Notes under the pieces: model-generated
Told to the model about the DNA's origin: nothing
What the model saw: only the letters and a program-made list of their open reading frames with translations
Database searches by the model: none
Program-made: the position numbers and the translations under genes
Assembly (NCBI GenBank): GCA_039818205.1
Contig: JBCBUK010000021.1
Location: 1 to 50,090, forward strand
Source: Verrucomicrobiota bacterium
GTDB taxonomy: Bacteria > Verrucomicrobiota > Verrucomicrobiia > Opitutales > Cerasicoccaceae
DNA length: 50,090 bases
Direction: 5' to 3'
Part shown: piece after piece, positions 25,562-35,205 of the stretch
How positions within the stretch are numbered: the first letter of the stretch is position 1
Layout: each line of letters opens with the position of its first letter

Positions 25562-26773
25562 ATGAATGCACTGATTGTTGGGACTGGTGAATACAGCACG
25601 GGATACGTCCACGCCCAGGCGAGCCAGTCGGATAAGGGCGCAGGCGTCGTCGGTCTAACGCTTTTTCACCAACGAGCCTTAGGCAACCTGGATCGGGTGT
25701 TGATGGCGGGCACCAATGGGACGAAGTTTCCGGGCATCCGCGCCCACCTGAATGCGGTGCTAGGCGAGCGCTACCGCAACCTCAGCACGGCATTTGAAAG
25801 CTTTCCCGCGGATTCCTGTGAGCGCGACACCGCTTCCTACCTTGAAGCGATGGATCAACTCTCGCCAGGCGATTGCGTGTTGGTTTTCACACCAGATGAT
25901 ACGCATTACCGCATTGGCCTGGCGGCGATTGCGCGGGGATTGCATGTTCTGATTGCCAAACCTATGGCTAAGTCTGTTGCCGAACACCGGGAACTGGCCG
26001 AGCAGGGTGAGGGGCAAGGCGTATTGGTTGCGATGGAGGTCCATAAGCGCTGGGATCCCATCTATGCCGATGCTCGGGATAAAATCCGCGAGTTGGGCGA
26101 GTTTAGCTTCATGAACGCCTACATGAGCCAACCCAAGTCGCAATTGACCACCTTCCGCGCTTGGGCTGGTAAATCGAGCGACATCAGCTACTATCTCAAT
26201 GCCCACCATATCGACTTTCATAACTGGGCGATCGGACACAGTGCCCAGCCCGTTTCCGTGACCGCTCTGGCCTCCACGGGTGTTGCAAAATCTCGCGGTA
26301 TTGAAACGGAGGATTCGATTACCCTGGCTGTTCGCTGGGAGAACATGCCAAGTGGGAACCTTGGCACAGCGCTCTATACTTCGTCTTGGATTGCGCCGAA
26401 AAGCGATGTTCATTCCCAGCAGCGTTTCCACTACATGGGACACGACGGGGAGATTCAGATTGATCAAGCTCACCGAGGTTATCAGATAGCGACCGATGCG
26501 GAGGGCTACAGTTCGCCGAATCCATTATTTATGAAATACCGCCCCAACGATAGTAGAGAGTTCGCGGGGGCATCGGGCTACGGATACCAGAGCATCGAGG
26601 CGTTTATCCTCGCCGCGCAATCGGTAAACGAAGGGCGCACAACCCTTGAGGACTGGGAGAGTAAACTAGCGACGGCCAAGCAAACTCTGCCGGTAACCGC
26701 GATTCTGGAAGCCGGCCGGAGTAGCCTGGATATGAATGGCGCACCCGTAGAAATCGGTGAGTTGTTGGGCTAA
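25562..26773 (+). CDS. Gfo/Idh/MocA oxidoreductase closely resembling fungal D-galacturonate reductase GaaA
   Basis: VGTGEYSTGYV...SDKGAGVVGLTLF...KFPGIRAHL, FTPDDTHY, HKRWDPIY, YMSQPKSQLTTFRAWAGKSSDISYYLNAHHID, all matching Aspergillus GaaA motifs as I recall them. Start ATG 25562. Confidence 0.8.
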   Translation: MNALIVGTGEYSTGYVHAQASQSDKGAGVVGLTLFHQRALGNLDRVLMAGTNGTKFPGIRAHLNAVLGERYRNLSTAFESFPADSCERDTASYLEAMDQLSPGDCVLVFTPDDTHYRIGLAAIARGLHVLIAKPMAKSVAEHRELAEQGEGQGVLVAMEVHKRWDPIYADARDKIRELGEFSFMNAYMSQPKSQLTTFRAWAGKSSDISYYLNAHHIDFHNWAIGHSAQPVSVTALASTGVAKSRGIETEDSITLAVRWENMPSGNLGTALYTSSWIAPKSDVHSQQRFHYMGHDGEIQIDQAHRGYQIATDAEGYSSPNPLFMKYRPNDSREFAGASGYGYQSIEAFILAAQSVNEGRTTLEDWESKLATAKQTLPVTAILEAGRSSLDMNGAPVEIGELLG

Positions 26774-27894
26774 TGGGTCGTCATCGGAGTCGCGTGCTCT
26801 CTGCGGTAGGCGAGTGGGCTCCGTTTGAAATGAGCCTTGAAGCTGTTACTCAAGTGAGAGGCATGGGTGAAACCAGTCTCGGCTGCGATTTGCTCCACGT
26901 TCCAGCGGGTGTAGGCCAACAGCTCTGCCGCTTTGTTTAGGCGCATTTGCATCAGTGATTTATGCAATGATGTTTGCAAGACACTCTGGAATCGTTGGTT
27001 GAGCATGCTCCGAGATATGCCTAGTTCAGCGGCGACTTCTGGAGTGCCGGTCTTTGCGGAAAGGTGACTTTTCAGATAGCGCAGTGCTTCACGCACAATG
27101 TCATCATCAATCATCAGCTCGTCGCTACTGGCTCGGCTGATCACTCCTTTGGGTGGAATGATCGTGGTGGTTGATGGAACCTTCTCTCCGTCCATTGCCG
27201 CCTGCAACAACCGGGCACCTTCCAGAGCGATACCAGTTGCATCGCGATCAATGCTGGAAAGCGGTACCGTTTGTACCTCACAGATGAGTGGATTGTTGTC
27301 CACACCGAGAATTGCGAAATCCATCGGGACCTGAAACCCGGACTCCAGGCAAAGACCGCCCAGCCATGCCGCGTCGGCGTCGTGTTGAGCAAGAATGGCA
27401 CAAGGGCGTGGTAAATCTTTAAGACGTCTCGACATTGTCGAAAAGTTCTGACTGCCACGCCCATCGATGCGCTGGGGGGCGAATCCACGCTTTGCTAGTT
27501 CATCCCTGAAACTCGAAAAGCGTGCGTCACCGAACGGTGTGGGAGCACTCGCATACCAGACAAAGTGACGGTGTCCAAATTCGATAAAATGTTCGGCGGC
27601 CATTCGTCCGATGGCCTCGTTGTCGGCGGACACTCGAGGCATTGTCAAATCGATTCGCCAGGTCGATAAATCAACCGATGGGTAGCCTTCTTTCTCGATA
27701 AATCGCGCATAGCGTTTGTCATCAGTGAGTGAACATAGGATTCCGTCTCCACGCCAGTTACCGACTGTGGTCATGGGCGTGAGCACATTAGCGTCGAGGT
27801 GCCAATTGTACTTCCGGGCGGCCTCTACCGTCGCGCGATGGGTTTCAGGATCATACGCGCTGAGCAGGAGGAGAACTTTCCGTTTGAAGGGCAT
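26770..27894 (-). CDS. XylR-type transcriptional regulator (LacI-like sensor + AraC HTH)
   Basis: ADNEAIGRMAAEHF, LGVDNNPLICE...PLSSID, IAAETGFTHASHLSNSFK...SPLAYR. Divergent from GH2; 3' end overlaps the oxidoreductase by 4 nt. Start ATG 27894. Confidence 0.9.
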   Translation of the reverse strand: MPFKRKVLLLLSAYDPETHRATVEAARKYNWHLDANVLTPMTTVGNWRGDGILCSLTDDKRYARFIEKEGYPSVDLSTWRIDLTMPRVSADNEAIGRMAAEHFIEFGHRHFVWYASAPTPFGDARFSSFRDELAKRGFAPQRIDGRGSQNFSTMSRRLKDLPRPCAILAQHDADAAWLGGLCLESGFQVPMDFAILGVDNNPLICEVQTVPLSSIDRDATGIALEGARLLQAAMDGEKVPSTTTIIPPKGVISRASSDELMIDDDIVREALRYLKSHLSAKTGTPEVAAELGISRSMLNQRFQSVLQTSLHKSLMQMRLNKAAELLAYTRWNVEQIAAETGFTHASHLSNSFKAHFKRSPLAYRREHATPMTTH

Positions 27895-28040
27895 CGAAAC
27901 TAGGCAAACGCGGTGTGGTGTATTTTGCAATTAAACATGTCAAACAATGCAGTAGCCAGTCTCGTCCAGAATGCTTAGAGTGATGTCTACCTCAAGCGGT
28001 ATTCGATCTACCCTCTGGAGAATAACCATCGAGAACACCA

Positions 28041-30875
28041 ATGAGAATTCTGACCTATTTTGTTTCGTTCTGCTTACTTGCGATCGCCGTTGATGCCTCA
28101 ATCGTGGCGGAGCGCGTTTATTTGTCCGGGAAGGGACCTTCCGATGCGGTTGATTGGGATTTCTTGTGTTCCGCGGGGAATCAGAGTGGCGCGTGGACGA
28201 CGATACCGGTTCCTTCAAACTGGGAGCAGGAAGGTTTTGGAAATTACAACTATGGTCACGATGATCCCGCGACTAAATATGAAGAGACGGGCACTTATCG
28301 AACGACCTTTTTTGTGCCAGAATCTTGGAAAAATAAACACGTTCGCCTTGTTTTTGAAGGTGCGATGACCCAGACCGCGATCAAGGTGAATGATAAAGCG
28401 GTAGGGTTCCCAAACTATGGAGGCTATTTGCCATTTCGCTACATCCTGGACAAAACGAACTTGAAGTATGGTCAAGAGAATACCCTTGAGGTGCTGGTGA
28501 AAAAGAAGCCTGATAATGAAAGCCTCGACCTAGCTGAACGAAAAGCCGACTACTGGGTCTTTGGCGGGATCTATCGTCCGGTCTATCTCGAGATTTTACC
28601 GCGGGAGTTTGTTAACCGAGTAGCGATTGATGCGCGAGCGGACGGCAATTTTCGCATGGATATATTTCCGCAGGTTCAACACCCAACGAAATTTCGGCAA
28701 GAGTTTCAGACCCATGTCGATGAAATCGTCGCGCAGATTCAAACGCTTGATGGGGACGACGTCGGCGAGCCGATGATGGCCCCGATTCACGGTTCAGCTG
28801 GGCGTATTCAGGTAGAGACCGATCTTGCTCGGCCGAAGCTGTGGTCGCCTGAGTTCCCGAATTTGTACCAGGTGAAGATCACCATGAAACATAAGGGTGA
28901 AACTCTGTCCGAGAAAGTCGAGCGCTTTGGATTCCGAACTTTTGAACACCGACTTGGTGATGGCCTATATCTCAATGGTCAGAAAATCATGATAAAGGGC
29001 GTTAATCGGAATGTCTTCGACGCTGAGCATGGACGTGCGGTCGACGCTGAGCGTGTCTGGTCCGACGCTCGGGCGATCAAGGCGATGAACGCAAACCTAG
29101 TTCGTTCTCACATGCCGCCGACGACTGAGTTTATGGAAGCCTGTGATGAATTGGGTTTGATGGTAATCACTGAGCTCTGTAATTGGCACGACCCAGTTAT
29201 TGATACGCCTATTGCGCGGAATCTCGTTTATGAGATGGTCGCAAAGTATCAAAACCATCCATCAGTGATTATTTGGGCCAATGGAAATGAGAATGGCTTC
29301 AACTTGGAGGTCGACGAGCTGTACCATCTCTACGACCTTCAGAATCGTCCAATCATTCATCCATGGGCCTACTTTGAGGGGATGAACACAAAACATTATC
29401 CCGACTACGAAGCACTGCTGGAGCGGCTGAGCCATCCGAAAGTCTATTTGCCTACCGAGTTTTTGCACGGTCTCTATGACGGAGGGCACGGCGCTGGGCT
29501 TGAGGACTACTGGAAAGCCATGAATGATTCACCGGTTTCGGCTGGCGGGGTGTTGTGGTGCTGGGCCGACGCGGCCATTGTTCGAACCGATCTAGATGGA
29601 AAGCTGGATACTTACGGAAACAAGTCGGCGGACGGTATCGTTGGGCCCCACGGAGAAAAGGAAGCGAGCTACTTCACCATTCGTGAGATCTGGTCACCCA
29701 TTCAGATCGGTCAGGGTTCGTTGCCTGATGACTTTGATGGAACGTTTCCAATTGATAACCAATACTACGAGACTAACTTGAGTGATCGATCATTTGAGTG
29801 GCGACTATTGGATCTTTCCGGTCCGTTTGCCGATGAAGCAATCGTTACAACGCGTGCTGAAGGCAGCGTCGAAGGCCCAGATGTCGCGCCGGGTGAGTCT
29901 GGCTCAATCGCAATTCCATTGCCAACTGATTGGCATCAGAGCAGTGCCCTTGAGTTACGAGCATTGGGACGGGATGGAACCGAGATCATGAAGTGGGTTT
30001 GGCAAATACCCATCGAGCTTGAAGTCGAAGCGGAGTCGAGGGGCCTGCAATATTCCTCAGAGCATCCTTTAGAAATTAAAGTGGGTGGCGTAAGCTGGTC
30101 GTTCTCGTTGGAAACAGGGAGATTGCTTTCAAGTTCGATCGGTGGGCAGCCAACGGGTTTCGGAGATGGACCGACTATCTATGCGGGAGACTTGGAAAAG
30201 GTATTTGAAACGGCGGATGACTGGACCGTTGATGTCTCAAAAAGTGACGATTCGGTCGTTATTGAATCGCGAAATGACGATGGCTCCCGATTCTCTTGGA
30301 CGATTTCAGATGAGGGATCGGTCGCCCTAGACTATCGATTTACGCCGATCGACCAAGCGTTGGTCTATTGTGCCGTAGGATTTGATTTACCAGAGGATCA
30401 AGTTGTCGGCAAACGTTGGCTGGGGCAGGGCCCCCATCGTATTTGGGGTAACCGTCTGAAGGGACCTCAATTTGGCCTTTGGGAAAATGCATACAATGAC
30501 CACATCACAGGCGTCAACTGGGGCGAACCGGAATTTAAAGGCATCTTTGGCCAGGTGGACTGGATGCAGTTGGCGTTGGCCTCGGGGGCATCGCTTTTGG
30601 TGGATACTGACCCTGGTACATCGGTTGGCGTTCTGCATCCAAGCAATGCAGAAGGCCCCCGAAATGAGCACTCCTACGCAAGCCCAGTGCATGCCTGGTG
30701 GTACTACCCCGAGGGAGGTGGCTTGTTTTTCTTTCATAAACTGCCTGGGACGGGCACAAAGTTTGCGAATGCCCATGAGCTCGGACCGCAAGGAAGCCCA
30801 TCAAAGCTCTCCGATCGAATCACTGGCCGGGTGGTTTTCTATTTCGACGATTCAAAGCGACTCGCTTTCCAATGA
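28041..30875 (+). CDS. GH2 beta-galactosidase, secreted
   Basis: IPVPSNWE, DYWVFGGIYRPV, FGFRTFE, KGVNRN, NLVRSHMP, NHPSVIIWANGNE (acid/base), LPTEFLHG (nucleophile). Confidence 0.92.
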   Translation: MRILTYFVSFCLLAIAVDASIVAERVYLSGKGPSDAVDWDFLCSAGNQSGAWTTIPVPSNWEQEGFGNYNYGHDDPATKYEETGTYRTTFFVPESWKNKHVRLVFEGAMTQTAIKVNDKAVGFPNYGGYLPFRYILDKTNLKYGQENTLEVLVKKKPDNESLDLAERKADYWVFGGIYRPVYLEILPREFVNRVAIDARADGNFRMDIFPQVQHPTKFRQEFQTHVDEIVAQIQTLDGDDVGEPMMAPIHGSAGRIQVETDLARPKLWSPEFPNLYQVKITMKHKGETLSEKVERFGFRTFEHRLGDGLYLNGQKIMIKGVNRNVFDAEHGRAVDAERVWSDARAIKAMNANLVRSHMPPTTEFMEACDELGLMVITELCNWHDPVIDTPIARNLVYEMVAKYQNHPSVIIWANGNENGFNLEVDELYHLYDLQNRPIIHPWAYFEGMNTKHYPDYEALLERLSHPKVYLPTEFLHGLYDGGHGAGLEDYWKAMNDSPVSAGGVLWCWADAAIVRTDLDGKLDTYGNKSADGIVGPHGEKEASYFTIREIWSPIQIGQGSLPDDFDGTFPIDNQYYETNLSDRSFEWRLLDLSGPFADEAIVTTRAEGSVEGPDVAPGESGSIAIPLPTDWHQSSALELRALGRDGTEIMKWVWQIPIELEVEAESRGLQYSSEHPLEIKVGGVSWSFSLETGRLLSSSIGGQPTGFGDGPTIYAGDLEKVFETADDWTVDVSKSDDSVVIESRNDDGSRFSWTISDEGSVALDYRFTPIDQALVYCAVGFDLPEDQVVGKRWLGQGPHRIWGNRLKGPQFGLWENAYNDHITGVNWGEPEFKGIFGQVDWMQLALASGASLLVDTDPGTSVGVLHPSNAEGPRNEHSYASPVHAWWYYPEGGGLFFFHKLPGTGTKFANAHELGPQGSPSKLSDRITGRVVFYFDDSKRLAFQ

Positions 30876-32155
30876 TTTATCGACTCGCATTCATTGGAAG
30901 TATGGTCTCGCTGACTATGGCTATTGTCTTCGCTGATGAAGGGGGACAAGCCTTCCCGTATGAAATGCCCGCAGAGAGGCCGAATCAACCGCTCAGCGCA
31001 GCGATGGAACGGGCGTATAATAACTACTCCGCACTCCGGCCTGAAGAAAACGAGCTCTATACCCAGTTCAAGTTCACTCGGCTTGAAGGGTTTGATTATA
31101 ACGGGGGCGATGGAACGGTTTCGCGTCGCGATCCTTCGAAGGTAATTTTCGAGAACGGCCAATACTATGTTTGGTATACTTACCGGCATACCGAGCGTGA
31201 TCCTGTTAGTAGGCGCAACGCCCACCTGGCAACAGAAACGATTCCCTCAGCGGATTGGGACTTGGCTGAGATCTGGTATGCGACTTCGAAGGATGGCTTT
31301 ACTTGGAAGGAGCAGGGCGTTGCGGTGCCTCGACCACCGAGCCCCAATGTCGGCTGTCGCTCGGTTTGCACTCCGGACATTTTGAAATGGAAAGGCAAGT
31401 TCTACCTCTACTATCAAGGATACCGTGTGGCCAATGGCTTGGAAGGAGACGATTGCCCGATTGCGGTCTCTTATGCGGATGCACCCGATGGGCCATGGAC
31501 GGCTTTGTACCAGGAAGTTATCCCAAATGGCACACCAGGTGAATGGGATCAATATTCGATCCATGACCCTTACCCGTTGGTCCACGATGGAAAGATCTAT
31601 CTATACTACAAGGTGGACCTCGATAAACGCCCTGAGTTGATGACTCCGAAAGTCCGGATGCAGGGTCTAGCGACCGCTGACAATCCTTTTGGCCCCTTCG
31701 TTAAACATCCTTTGAACCCTATTCTAAACTCGGGCCACGAGACGACACTGTTTCCGTTCAAAGAGGGGTTGGCCGCGTTTGCAATCAAAGATGGTATGGA
31801 ACACAGTACGATTCAATATGCCTCGGATTGGGTGAACTTCGAGATTGCTTCCATTGTCGATCTCATGCCTGTTGCTGCTGGTCCCTATGTGTCGGATGCC
31901 TTCACCAATACTGACTACGGCAGTGGAATTACCTGGGGCATTTCACACTTTGTGAATGCTGGCAACGACTGGGAACGCGACTATTCGATCTTAGCCCGAT
32001 CTGACTGTGACCTTAGTTTAGAAGTTCACGATCGGGAAATGAAGCGCCACTTTCATCAGTATGGGCCAGAGCACTATTTTGAGCATGGTTTGTCTGGCAA
32101 ACAGCGCCAGCGCGTCGAGAAACAAGCGTATGCGGAAACTCAATCTGAAAAATGA
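30872..32155 (+). CDS. GH117 alpha-1,3-(3,6-anhydro)-L-galactosidase family protein
   Basis: LSAAMER, ENELYTQFK, SRRDPSKVI, DWDLAEIWYATSKDG, SIHDPY, NSGHET, WGISH. ATGA overlap with GH2. Confidence 0.92.
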   Translation: MIYRLAFIGSMVSLTMAIVFADEGGQAFPYEMPAERPNQPLSAAMERAYNNYSALRPEENELYTQFKFTRLEGFDYNGGDGTVSRRDPSKVIFENGQYYVWYTYRHTERDPVSRRNAHLATETIPSADWDLAEIWYATSKDGFTWKEQGVAVPRPPSPNVGCRSVCTPDILKWKGKFYLYYQGYRVANGLEGDDCPIAVSYADAPDGPWTALYQEVIPNGTPGEWDQYSIHDPYPLVHDGKIYLYYKVDLDKRPELMTPKVRMQGLATADNPFGPFVKHPLNPILNSGHETTLFPFKEGLAAFAIKDGMEHSTIQYASDWVNFEIASIVDLMPVAAGPYVSDAFTNTDYGSGITWGISHFVNAGNDWERDYSILARSDCDLSLEVHDREMKRHFHQYGPEHYFEHGLSGKQRQRVEKQAYAETQSEK

Positions 32156-33690
32156 ACTCAATCAACTTTTTCCTACATTTAGCAGCTAAGGCAGTGCTCG
32201 GGCTTGCGTTTCTGTTTGAGACGGTAAACGCAACGGCGCCACAACCAAAGTTTGAGCCGACTGCGGAATCGTTGTCTACGCATGTTGCAGCTCCCGAATG
32301 GTTTCAGGATGCCAAGCTGGGTATCTATTTTCACTGGGGTCCCTATAGTGTGGCAGCTTTTGGGAGCGAATGGTATCCAGGAAATATGTATCGGCCCGGG
32401 AGCCGCGAGAATAGATTCCATACAGAGACCTTTGGTCCAGTGGATGAGTTTGGCTATGAGCAGTTGATTCCGCTTTTTACGGCTGAGCAGTTCGATCCGG
32501 CCGAATGGGCTGAGCTCTTCCAAGAATCCGGGGCTCGTTTTGCCGGGCCCGTCGCCCAGCATCACGATGGATTCGCCATGTGGGATAGTGACGTGAACGC
32601 GTGGAATGCGGGCGATATGGGGCCTAAGCGAGATATCGTCGGCGAGCTCTTCGAGGAACTCAAGAAGCGCGACCTCAAGGCCATTGCCACATTTCACCAC
32701 GCACGAAACGGCCAACGTAACCAAGACAAGCCCGAGCGATGGGCTCCCAAAAGTGGAATCGGGAGCTTCAACAGTCACTATCCTTACCATCCAGATTATC
32801 CTACAGCGACCACAGATCCTCAGCTGCGTAAACTCTTTGGAAACTTCGCGAGCATGGATGAATTTAATCAGTACTGGTTGGATCAGGTCAACGAGGTGGT
32901 CGACCAGTATTCGCCTGATATTATCTGGTTCGATTCCTGGCTGAATATGGTTCCCGAGTCTTATCGATATGAGATGGCTGCACACTTCTTCAATCATGCC
33001 CAAACAACCGGCCAGGAGGTCGTGACTTGCCACAAGCACAACGATATGCCGATGAGCTTTAGCGTGCTCGATTTCGAGCAGGGTGGACGTCGCGACATCC
33101 ATCCTCAGCCGTGGCTAACGGATATAACTCTGAGCAAACAGAGTTGGTCCTATATCGATGGTCAAACCTACAAGGACGCGGCGCTCGTCGTCCGCAACAT
33201 GATCGATGTTTGGAGTAAGAACGGGATCGTGCTGTTGAACGTTTCGCCTGACGCGCATGGCGTCATCAACGACGACCAGAGAGCGGTTTTGCGTGAAATC
33301 GGAGACTGGCTAGCGGTCCACGGCGAAGCGGTCTATGGAACTCGCCCCTTCGATACCTTTGGAACCGGAACGGCGACGGCCAAAGATAGCTCACATGATG
33401 GCCAATCAGCTAAAGTGAACTACACGGCTGATGATATTCGGTTCACCGTTTCTAAGGACAATAAGGCCATGTATCTGTTCTTTCTGGGCCAACCCGAACC
33501 GGGTGAAACAATCCGGATCAAAACGCTTGGACGACACCGCTACGCTCCTCGTTCAGCAGTGAAACGAGCCACCTTGCTGGGTAGCGATCTTGAGCTAGAA
33601 TGGGAGGATGATACCTACTATTTCAATGTGACGATGCCAGGGATCGTCATGAACAAGATTGCTACCGTAGTGAAGCTGGATCTAGAGTAG
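32152..33690 (+). CDS. GH29 alpha-L-fucosidase / alpha-L-galactosidase
   Basis: PEWFQDAKLGIYFHWGPYSV, QHHDGFAMW, PDIIWFD, SKNGIVLLNVSP, WLAVHGEAVYGTRP. ATGA overlap with GH117. Confidence 0.92.
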   Translation: MNSINFFLHLAAKAVLGLAFLFETVNATAPQPKFEPTAESLSTHVAAPEWFQDAKLGIYFHWGPYSVAAFGSEWYPGNMYRPGSRENRFHTETFGPVDEFGYEQLIPLFTAEQFDPAEWAELFQESGARFAGPVAQHHDGFAMWDSDVNAWNAGDMGPKRDIVGELFEELKKRDLKAIATFHHARNGQRNQDKPERWAPKSGIGSFNSHYPYHPDYPTATTDPQLRKLFGNFASMDEFNQYWLDQVNEVVDQYSPDIIWFDSWLNMVPESYRYEMAAHFFNHAQTTGQEVVTCHKHNDMPMSFSVLDFEQGGRRDIHPQPWLTDITLSKQSWSYIDGQTYKDAALVVRNMIDVWSKNGIVLLNVSPDAHGVINDDQRAVLREIGDWLAVHGEAVYGTRPFDTFGTGTATAKDSSHDGQSAKVNYTADDIRFTVSKDNKAMYLFFLGQPEPGETIRIKTLGRHRYAPRSAVKRATLLGSDLELEWEDDTYYFNVTMPGIVMNKIATVVKLDLE

Positions 33691-33738
33691 ATTAGTAATA
33701 GGGTACAATTATGGCCGGTGACGAGTCCGCGCCCGCCG

Positions 33739-35205
33739 TTAGTCGCTCCTATGTGGTTCTACAGAATGCGCTCCAACAGTGAAGTCCGGTTCCTGCAAAC
33801 TTTGAAAAAGTTTATCTGCGGTAGAACTTGCTTCTTCGGCAAAGCTATCGGCTGGAAGGGTCGTTTGGTCAGCAACAAAGATGATGTGGACGCCAGGGTC
33901 GCGGCGGAATCCTAGAGTCCGGTAGATGTAGCTCGTGTGATCGTCGACAAGCGTTCCCTGAACCAGGAAGAATTCTTTGAACCAATACTGGCCATCGGTT
34001 TTTACGGTTTCGATCTCGGTGGGCTGTAATTCGATGCCACGGTATTGGAGACAGACCTCAATCGTGTGATGCCGATCGCTACCATGCGGGTCATACCAGA
34101 GCATGCCTAACTCTGGCCGCTGACCATCGAGTTTTAGCTCGTAGCCCATGCCCGGAATAATGCGTTTCTCGGCACTCTTTGGCGGCTCTAATGTGTTCTT
34201 GCCAGGGTCGGTTAGAATTGTGGCCAAAAAAGGCAATAGGAGAAAGCATGAGGCAATAGAAGCAACGATACGGGGCTGCGGCAATGAGTCACCAGCTATC
34301 GGATTGACGCTATTTTTGGTTGGGGCAGCTAGCTGCGAATAGGCTGCGTAGGCAAATATCGCCAAGGCTAGAAAATCGGCTCCGGGAATGAGGACAAATA
34401 AGGGACAGCTGGTTGCAAGGCACACTATTCCTTCTGGTTTCTTTAGCCAACGAAAGTTAATTGTCAGCGGGCAGATGACTAGCCACGGTAACCAGAGTGA
34501 CTCGATGCCTGACCAGGTGATCAATATGGCGGCAAGAACCCACCCCACGAGCGCCAATCGATGCCGAATGGTAAAACGTTCCACGAACTCGCTATTGGCC
34601 AGGCAGAACAATGCGCCGACCGCCGTTACCCAATGGCTCGAAACGTTTAACAAGGGCGCAAGTAGGCCCATGACCGCCGATATATGCAGGAGCTCAAACC
34701 AGAGAGTCGATTTTGGTCGCTTTGATCTTTGGGGTAGCGCTAGCAACGCAAACGGAACTAGCCAGAGAAAGCCCAGAAAGTAGTGGAGCTGCGGGGACTC
34801 TACCTCGGGATATACCGCGAATCGATAGGCAATTAGCGAAAGAACGCGAAGGACATTGGCCACGATTGCCGCGGGGATCATCAGGAAAAGACGAATCCAA
34901 TATGACTTGTCCTGCTGCACCCGGCGGTTCATCCATGCAAAGACAGCAAGAAGGACCAGCAACAGGTTCAATCCCGCGCAGTCTCGTGTCCACGGCACCT
35001 CAAGGTATGCAACTCGGATTAAATGCCCTTGATCGACCGTTGTAAGTCCACCGAGCTGAAGGATGAAAAGCGCGATCGGCTTGCAGAAATTTCCAAACGC
35101 GCTGACAACGAAATTTTGCGTTGCGAGCACCGCTACGATAACGAGCGGCAGGAGTCCTCTCCATAGGGGGGGCGCTTTTCTCTGCCGCTCAGCGGGATTG
35201 CTCAT
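33739..35205 (-). CDS. Exosortase/archaeosortase-family transpeptidase fused to extra TM segments and an EpsI-like C-terminal domain
   Basis: Cys-Arg-His triad in TRDCAGLNLL, ANVLRV, QLHYFLG; further hydrophobic helices; C-terminal HHTIEVCLQYRG motif. Start ATG 35205 overlaps the upstream stop (ATGA). Confidence 0.85.
   Translation of the reverse strand: MSNPAERQRKAPPLWRGLLPLVIVAVLATQNFVVSAFGNFCKPIALFILQLGGLTTVDQGHLIRVAYLEVPWTRDCAGLNLLLVLLAVFAWMNRRVQQDKSYWIRLFLMIPAAIVANVLRVLSLIAYRFAVYPEVESPQLHYFLGFLWLVPFALLALPQRSKRPKSTLWFELLHISAVMGLLAPLLNVSSHWVTAVGALFCLANSEFVERFTIRHRLALVGWVLAAILITWSGIESLWLPWLVICPLTINFRWLKKPEGIVCLATSCPLFVLIPGADFLALAIFAYAAYSQLAAPTKNSVNPIAGDSLPQPRIVASIASCFLLLPFLATILTDPGKNTLEPPKSAEKRIIPGMGYELKLDGQRPELGMLWYDPHGSDRHHTIEVCLQYRGIELQPTEIETVKTDGQYWFKEFFLVQGTLVDDHTSYIYRTLGFRRDPGVHIIFVADQTTLPADSFAEEASSTADKLFQSLQEPDFTVGAHSVEPHRSD

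Noticed and set aside
25760..26473. 237-aa minus-strand ORF
   Set aside because: Fully antisense to the conserved oxidoreductase, with no recognisable motifs.
32179..33102. 307-aa minus-strand ORF
   Set aside because: Antisense shadow of GH29.
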